Shown: positions 58,568 to 64,000 of the stretch, piece after piece
Position numbering within the stretch: the first letter of the stretch is position 1
Layout of the letters: each line of letters starts with the position of its first letter
Assembly: GCA_902573425.1 (NCBI GenBank)
Contig: CACGJO010000002.1
Location: forward strand, 1,877-65,876
Direction: 5' to 3'
DNA length: 64,000 nt
DNA from: an uncultured Pelagibacteraceae bacterium
GTDB lineage: Bacteria > Pseudomonadota > Alphaproteobacteria > Pelagibacterales > Pelagibacteraceae
Program-made: the position numbers and the translations under genes
Notes under the pieces: generated by a model
The model's input: the letters and a program-made list of their open reading frames with translations, nothing else
What the model was told of the DNA's origin: nothing
The model's database searches: none

Positions 58568-58987
58568 TTAAAAATTTATCTTACCCATCTTGTATATAAT
58601 TTTCCAGCTTTTATAGTCTATAGGCATCACAGATAATCTACTCTGTTTTATTAGGGGTAAGTGAGAAATATCCTTATTTTTTTTAATTTTTTCAAGGGAA
58701 ATTGTATATTTGAATTTTTCAACAAACCTGACTTGAACAGCAACGAACCTTTTCTTTTTATCAGTTTTATCAATAAATGAGTCTTTAATAACCTTAACAG
58801 TTCCCACAATCTCTTTACCAATATTTGAGTGATAAAAAAAACACAGATCTCCAAATTTCATTTTTTTTAAATTATTTGCTGCTTGATAATTCCGAACACC
58901 ATCCCAAGCCACTCCCTTTAGACCAGCTTTTTTTTGGTGGTCAATTGACCAAACATTAGGTTCAGATTTAAGTAACCAATATTGCAT
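58568..58987 (-). CDS. EVE (PUA-like) domain protein
   Basis: MQYWLLKSEPNVWSI...GVRNYQAANNLKKMKFGDLCFFYHS matches the EVE-domain N-terminus. Confidence 0.8.
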   Translation of the reverse strand: MQYWLLKSEPNVWSIDHQKKAGLKGVAWDGVRNYQAANNLKKMKFGDLCFFYHSNIGKEIVGTVKVIKDSFIDKTDKKKRFVAVQVRFVEKFKYTISLEKIKKNKDISHLPLIKQSRLSVMPIDYKSWKIIYKMGKINF

Positions 58988-60063
58988 TAAAGTTTAATAC
59001 CAGGCCCTTTTAGGAAAGGAGCATTCTTGTCTAGAGGCCATCTTGATTTAACAATCAAATTTTCTTTCTCAAAAATTTTTTTTTTGAATCTTTGTATTCC
59101 AGCCCAGGCAATCATAGCTGCATTGTCACCACAAAATTCTTTTGATGGAAAAATACATTTAAAATCCATTTTTTTGGATATTTTTTTTAAATTATTTCTT
59201 ATACTTTCATTTGCCGCAACACCTCCAACTACAACAAATGCTTTAGAAGTTTTACTAGAAATTTCTTTATTAAATTCTCTCATTGCAATTTCAGTTTTTT
59301 TTACCAGAATTTTATTTATCGTTTCTTGAAAAGATGCTGCTAAGTTATATTTGTCTTGATTTGATTTTATATTTTTTGATTTTCTTAAAACATCAGTTTT
59401 AAGACCCGCTAAAGATAAATTACAACCACCTTTATTTATAATCGGAAGAGGCAGTTTGTAGCTATCTTTAGCTCCTCTCTTTGCAAATTTTTCTACATTT
59501 GGTCCACCGGGATAACCCAAGTCTAAAATTTTAGAAGTTTTATCAAATGCTTCTCCCACAGCATCATCTATAGTTGTCCCAATTTGTTCATAATTATTTA
59601 ATCCTTTAGCAATTAAAAATTGGGAGTGTCCGCCAGAAACTAATAAAACTAAATAAGGAAAAGACATTTTATTCTCGATTCCAGGACTTAAAACATGTCC
59701 CTCTAAATGATTTATAGGAAAAAATTTTTTTCCTGCTGCAGCTGAGATGCTCTTTCCGATGTTAAAACCAATATTTAAACAAACAACCAAACCAGGTCCC
59801 CTTGTAGCTGCTATACCATCAAAATCTTTTATTTTCTTTTTACTTTTATAAATTGCCTCTTGAACTATTAAATCAATATTTTCAACATGCGCTCTAGCTG
59901 CGATTTCAGGAACTATTCCTCCAAATTTTTTATGTTCTTTTATTTGGCTGGAAACTATATTGGATAAAACCAAGGCAGTTCCATCAGTATTTTCCTGCAC
60001 AACCGATGCAGCAGTTTCATCACAGCTGGTTTCAATTCCCAAAAAAGTAAGTTTTTTTTTCAT
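58987..60063 (-). CDS. tsaD: tRNA N6-adenosine threonylcarbamoyltransferase
   Basis: LGIETSCDETA, HLEGH, SGGHS and GGVAAN motifs. Confidence 0.95.
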   Translation of the reverse strand: MKKKLTFLGIETSCDETAASVVQENTDGTALVLSNIVSSQIKEHKKFGGIVPEIAARAHVENIDLIVQEAIYKSKKKIKDFDGIAATRGPGLVVCLNIGFNIGKSISAAAGKKFFPINHLEGHVLSPGIENKMSFPYLVLLVSGGHSQFLIAKGLNNYEQIGTTIDDAVGEAFDKTSKILDLGYPGGPNVEKFAKRGAKDSYKLPLPIINKGGCNLSLAGLKTDVLRKSKNIKSNQDKYNLAASFQETINKILVKKTEIAMREFNKEISSKTSKAFVVVGGVAANESIRNNLKKISKKMDFKCIFPSKEFCGDNAAMIAWAGIQRFKKKIFEKENLIVKSRWPLDKNAPFLKGPGIKL

Positions 60064-60100
60064 TAATTAGATATTATAAAATATAAATCTAAATATATAA

Positions 60101-61021
60101 ATGAGTAATAAAATAATTTTAGGATCTAGAGGTAGCAAACTTTCCATAGCTTATGCAAATAAGGTTCTTAGTTTATTATCAAACCTCAAGCCAGCTTTGG
60201 ATAAAGAAGTAATTTTAAAGACCATAAAAACATCCGGAGATTTATTTGGTAAAAAAAAAATATCAGAAATCGGAGGTAAAAATTTATTTTGCAAAGAAAT
60301 AGAGGATAAATTAATTTCCAAAGAGATTGATATCGCAGTGCATTCTTTGAAAGATTTGGACTCAGTCGAAACAGAGGGTCTTGTTATTCAAGCATATTTA
60401 AAAAGAAATGATCCACGGGATACTTTAGTTTCCTCAAAATTTAAAAAATTATCTGAGCTAACTGGCCAGAAAATTGGATCAAGTTCAAGAAGAAGGGAAC
60501 TTCAATTAAAACAAATTAATAGAAACATTAAGGTGGAGAGCATAAGAGGAAATGTAGATACTAGAATTAAAAAAATAGAAAATGGAGAATATGATGGAGC
60601 CATTTTAGCTTTAGCGGGGCTAAAAGTATTAAATCTTGAAAAATATGCTAAAGAAATATTCTCTCTAAAAGATTTTCTACCTACAGCAGGACAAGGAATA
60701 GTGGCGGTTCAATGTAGAGCCCAAGATGATCATATGAAAAAAATTTTAAAAGAAATAAATCATAAAGAAACTGAAACATGTGCATTAGCAGAAAGAAGTT
60801 TTTTAAAAACATTAGGTGGCGATTGTGATACTGCAGTCGGGTGTACTGCAATCCTTAATAAAAAAGATATAGAATTAAAAGCTCAACTATTCTCCGATGA
60901 TGGTACTAAGGTTTTTAATATATTAAAAACAGGAAAAGAAAATGAGCCAGAACTTTTAGGCAAACTCGCTGGTGAGGAAATTCTCAAACAGTCAGGAAAA
61001 AACTTTATAAAAAAAAGATGA
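60101..61021 (+). CDS. hemC: Hydroxymethylbilane synthase (porphobilinogen deaminase)
   Basis: LGSRGSKLS, TSGD, HSLKD, RGNVDTR and the cofactor Cys in GGDCDTAVG. Confidence 0.92.
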   Translation: MSNKIILGSRGSKLSIAYANKVLSLLSNLKPALDKEVILKTIKTSGDLFGKKKISEIGGKNLFCKEIEDKLISKEIDIAVHSLKDLDSVETEGLVIQAYLKRNDPRDTLVSSKFKKLSELTGQKIGSSSRRRELQLKQINRNIKVESIRGNVDTRIKKIENGEYDGAILALAGLKVLNLEKYAKEIFSLKDFLPTAGQGIVAVQCRAQDDHMKKILKEINHKETETCALAERSFLKTLGGDCDTAVGCTAILNKKDIELKAQLFSDDGTKVFNILKTGKENEPELLGKLAGEEILKQSGKNFIKKR

Positions 61022-61719
61022 ATATAATTTTTACAAGACCATTAATAGACGTAGAAGATTTGATGAGTAATTTTATATCATCAGAACATAAAATTATTCA
61101 CATGCCGACTTTAAATATTAAGTCATCAAATATGAAGCCAATCAACACCAAAGACTACGATGGACTCATTTTTACAAGTGCAAACGCGGTAAGATTTTTA
61201 GAAATAGAAAACAAAGATAAAAGTATCAAATGTTTTTGTGTAGGGAACTTAACAGAAAGATCTTTAAGATTAAAAGGTTTTAATAATACTATTGCAGCCT
61301 CAGGTACAGTAAATGCATTAAAAAATTTAATTATTAGTTCTGAAAAATCAGCAAAAAAGTTAGCCTATTTGTGTGGAGATATAACCTCTATTGATTTGGA
61401 TGTTGAACTTAAAAAAAGCGGTTTTAACATAAATAAAATTATAAATTATAACTCAACTAAAATTACAGATATTAATACTGAAAGTTTAGAGTTAATTAAA
61501 AAATATCCTCCTAATATAGCTCTAATTTATTCAAATAGAAGCGCAGAAAGTTTTGATGAAATTGTCAAAAAATACTCCCTTGCAGAATTAATGACACAAT
61601 GCACAGTTATGTGTATAAGTAAAAAAATTGAAATTTTTTTAAAATCAAGGGGTTGGAAAACAATAGTTTTTTACCCTGGAGAGGAGTTTAACAAAATAGA
61701 TCAAATTAAAAATGGATAA
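61018..61719 (+). CDS. hemD: Uroporphyrinogen-III synthase
   Basis: IIFTRP... and IFTSANAVRF motifs. 4-nt overlap with hemC. Confidence 0.7.
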   Translation: MNIIFTRPLIDVEDLMSNFISSEHKIIHMPTLNIKSSNMKPINTKDYDGLIFTSANAVRFLEIENKDKSIKCFCVGNLTERSLRLKGFNNTIAASGTVNALKNLIISSEKSAKKLAYLCGDITSIDLDVELKKSGFNINKIINYNSTKITDINTESLELIKKYPPNIALIYSNRSAESFDEIVKKYSLAELMTQCTVMCISKKIEIFLKSRGWKTIVFYPGEEFNKIDQIKNG

Positions 61720-62803
61720 AATAGAACAATTCATAAGTTTATTTTTAGAAGTTTGGAGAAATGGAATTTCAGGCATTAATATTTCTGAAATTATAATTGC
61801 ATTATTTATATTTCTTTTATTTCTTTTGTTGAGAGGTTTATTTGCAAAATTTTTTATCAAAAGACTTGAAAAATATGTTTCTAAAACCTCAAATCGTTTT
61901 GACAACTCTTTGGTTGATTCATTAAAAGGACCGTTAAAATTTTTTCCGATTGTAATTGGTTTTTTTATATCTACTAGTTATGTATCTTTTGGATCAAGTA
62001 CTGAAAACTTTATAGATAATGCAAATAGAACGTTAATCACAATATTAATATTTTGGTCACTCCATCAGATAATCGGTCCTATTTCTGTTTTGATAAAAAC
62101 TGTAGAAGATCTTTTATCGAAAGATTTACTAAATTGGATTATAAAAGCATTCAAAATTTTAATTCTAATCTTAGGCGCGGCTGCAGTTCTAGAGCTTTGG
62201 GGAATTAAGATTGGCCCAATCATTGCTGGTTTAGGTTTATTTGGTGTAGCGGTTGCGTTAGGAGCCCAAGACTTATTTAAGAATCTAATATCAGGTATTT
62301 TAGTATTAGTTGAAAAAAGATTTAAAGTTGGAGACTGGATAATAGTCGAAGATATAATAGAAGGAGTAGTCGAACGTATTGGCTTTAGATCAACAGTCGT
62401 AAGAAAATTTGATAAATCAGTTGCTGTTATACCAAATTTTCAATTTGCAGAAAATGCAGTTATAAATGTTAGTGAAACTACAAATTGGAGGATCAGTTGG
62501 ATAATTACTTTACAGTACGATACAACAATTGATCAGCTAAAGAAAATTCGAGATGAAATAGATAAATATATCTCCACATCTAAAGATTACAAAATCAGTG
62601 ATAATACAATGCATGCAGTCAGAATCGATAAATTTTCTGATAGTTCTATAGACATGTATGTAAGATGTTTTACGAATACTGACAAATGGTCAGAATGGCT
62701 CAAAGTAAAAGAAAGACTTGCGATTGCAATAAAAGAAATTGTTGAAAATAATAAAGCTTCATTCGCTTTTCCAAGCCAATCTATTTATGTGGAGAAAAAA
62801 TAA
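61712..62803 (+). CDS. MscS-family mechanosensitive channel
   Basis: TM3/beta-domain motifs GLGLFGVAVALGAQDLFKNLISG and FKVGDWI...G.VE.IGFRST. Confidence 0.88.
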   Translation: MDKIEQFISLFLEVWRNGISGINISEIIIALFIFLLFLLLRGLFAKFFIKRLEKYVSKTSNRFDNSLVDSLKGPLKFFPIVIGFFISTSYVSFGSSTENFIDNANRTLITILIFWSLHQIIGPISVLIKTVEDLLSKDLLNWIIKAFKILILILGAAAVLELWGIKIGPIIAGLGLFGVAVALGAQDLFKNLISGILVLVEKRFKVGDWIIVEDIIEGVVERIGFRSTVVRKFDKSVAVIPNFQFAENAVINVSETTNWRISWIITLQYDTTIDQLKKIRDEIDKYISTSKDYKISDNTMHAVRIDKFSDSSIDMYVRCFTNTDKWSEWLKVKERLAIAIKEIVENNKASFAFPSQSIYVEKK

Positions 62804-63093
62804 TGAAATCAATTTTAATTTTATTAGATAGCGTAGTAAGTATATATATTTGGATTTTAATTATAAATGCTATTCTTAGCTGGTTGATTGCCTTCAGTGT
62901 TTTAAATACATCAAACCGTCTAGTTTATTCTTTATTAGATATTAGTTATAAATTAACTGATCCTCTTTTAAGGCCTATAAGAAATTTTTTACCCAACCTT
63001 GGAAGTGTAGATATTTCTCCAGTAGTTTTGATTTTGCTTCTAATGTTTGGAAGAAATTTAATTTTTGAATTTTTAGCACCTTCTATGTTTTAA
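62803..63093 (+). CDS. yggT: YggT-family membrane protein
   Basis: IINAILSW...LTDPLLRPIRNFLPNLGSVDISPVV matches the YGGT motif. Confidence 0.8.
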   Translation: MKSILILLDSVVSIYIWILIINAILSWLIAFSVLNTSNRLVYSLLDISYKLTDPLLRPIRNFLPNLGSVDISPVVLILLLMFGRNLIFEFLAPSMF

Positions 63094-63095
63094 AT

Positions 63096-63938
63096 ATGAT
63101 AATTGATGGAAAAAAAATAGCAGAAGAACTTAGAGAAGAATTAAAAAAAAAAATTATTGAACTCAAAGCAACCTATAAATCTGTTCCTGGACTTACAGTT
63201 ATTTTAATCGGGGAAGATCCTGCAAGTAAAATTTATGTTAAAAATAAACAGAAATACGCCAAGGATATTGGAATAAATTCAGAAATCATTAAATACCAAG
63301 AAAGTGTTGATGAAAAAACTGTTTTAGACAAAATATCAAAACTTAATAATGACAAAAAAATTTCAGGTATTTTAGTACAATTACCTTTGCCAAAGCAAAT
63401 TAACAAAAAAAAAATTATCGATGCCATACTTCCTGAAAAGGACGTAGATGGTTTTCATCCAGTAAATGTTGGAAATTTATCTTCAGGTTATGAAGGCAAA
63501 GTTCCCTGCACTCCTTTAGGTTGCTATTTACTTTTACGAAAAGTGGAAAAAGATTTAAAAGGTAAACACGCGGTTATTATAGGAAGGTCAAATTTAAATG
63601 GAAAACCAATGGCACAACTTTTACTTAAAGAAAATTGTACTGTAACAATTACACACTCTAAAACCAAAGATTTGAAAAATGAGTGTAAAAGAGCAGATAT
63701 TATTATAGCTGCAGTCGGGCAACCAAAATTAGTCAAAGGCGACTGGGTAAAAAAAGGCGCAGTTGTTATTGATGTAGGAATAAACAAAACTGCAAACGGC
63801 TTGGAGGGTGATGTAGATTTCGAGGAAGTTTCTAAAGTTGCAAAAGCAATTACACCCGTCCCTGGAGGTGTAGGACCAATGACAATCGCTTGCTTATTAA
63901 GCAATACAATTGAGTGCTTCAAAAGAGCTAATTCTTAA
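63096..63938 (+). CDS. folD: Bifunctional methylenetetrahydrofolate dehydrogenase/cyclohydrolase
   Basis: IDGKKIA, LVQLPLP, DVDGFHP, GRSNLNGKP and PVPGGVGPMT motifs. Confidence 0.96.
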   Translation: MIIDGKKIAEELREELKKKIIELKATYKSVPGLTVILIGEDPASKIYVKNKQKYAKDIGINSEIIKYQESVDEKTVLDKISKLNNDKKISGILVQLPLPKQINKKKIIDAILPEKDVDGFHPVNVGNLSSGYEGKVPCTPLGCYLLLRKVEKDLKGKHAVIIGRSNLNGKPMAQLLLKENCTVTITHSKTKDLKNECKRADIIIAAVGQPKLVKGDWVKKGAVVIDVGINKTANGLEGDVDFEEVSKVAKAITPVPGGVGPMTIACLLSNTIECFKRANS

Positions 63939-64000
63939 AAAACACTAATTTATATAATTTATTTAAATGAAATTATTTTTAATTCTGGGAAATCAACTAT

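Noticed and set aside
501-63922. Numerous 60-165-aa ORFs in the supplied track that lie antisense to or out of frame with the genes called above. Examples are 501-701, 810-1010, 1667-2128, 2029-2363, 5922-6260, 7858-8330, 11068-11673, 24547-24900, 27255-27539, 28040-28405, 29002-29496, 40170-41526, 45822-46371, 51313-52167, 54666-54974, 58651-58854, 59027-59329 and 63233-63922.
   Set aside because: Each is fully nested in, or largely overlaps, a longer ORF with clear family motifs. Their translations are low-complexity (Phe/Leu/Ser/Ile-rich mirror images of Lys/Glu-rich genes) with no recognisable domains. They are expected by chance opposite AT-rich coding sequence.
1-64000. CRISPR arrays, insertion sequences, integrases, prophage or toxin-antitoxin/defence gene clusters
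   Set aside because: I saw no regularly spaced direct repeats, no transposase, integrase or recombinase motifs, and no phage structural genes. Every ORF above about 100 aa is accounted for by housekeeping or metabolic families.
63967-64000. ORF starting ATGAAATTATTTTTAATTCTGGGAAATCAACTA (MKLFLILGNQL...) at the window edge
   Set aside because: Only 11 codons are visible, too few to support a gene call or family assignment.

Overview
This 64-kb window looks like a streamlined, very AT-rich alphaproteobacterial chromosome. The compaction, many overlapping stop/start codons, lysine-rich proteins and gene order are typical of SAR11/Pelagibacterales-like genomes, but that attribution is inference only, with no database search. 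Nearly all of it is tightly packed core genes. These include dnaJ-dapB-nth, leuS-lptE-holA, the origin-proximal block parB-parA-rsmG-mnmG-mnmE...rho-hemJ-hemH, ftsK-lolA and a his cluster (hisB-hisA-hisF-hisE) without hisH. They continue with hslVU, smr/Tim44-like/fxsA/secB, dnaQ-coaE-aroE-maf-DUF299, hemE, purH, rpe, acs, tsaD, hemCD, mscS, yggT and folD. One tRNA-Gly(GCC) is present. I saw no rRNA, CRISPR array, IS element, integrase or prophage genes.

Points that go beyond routine annotation:
1. The 273-bp, roughly 16-17% GC spacer between the DUF299 gene and hemE is a strong candidate oriC. Two parS-like palindromes lie inside rsmG about 21 kb away.
2. Two very AT-rich sugar-type SAM methyltransferase genes are wedged between rho and mnmE, and one is translationally coupled to mnmE.
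3. A roughly 10.5-kb accessory-looking block (36.3-46.8 kb) has no regulator gene. It combines a BKACE enzyme, a flavin hydroxylase, an extradiol dioxygenase, an FAH-family enzyme, a split TRAP transporter, an SGNH hydrolase, a pirin and a cytoplasmic Cys-type sulfatase.
4. Two tandem pairs of a small membrane protein plus a sodium:solute symporter lie next to acs.
5. Acs carries a polybasic N-terminal tail of about 40 residues.
6. Two unannotated small ORFs are translationally coupled inside the his and maf-aroE operons.

I found no clear-cut novel defence or mobile system. The candidates above are hypotheses that need database and experimental checks.
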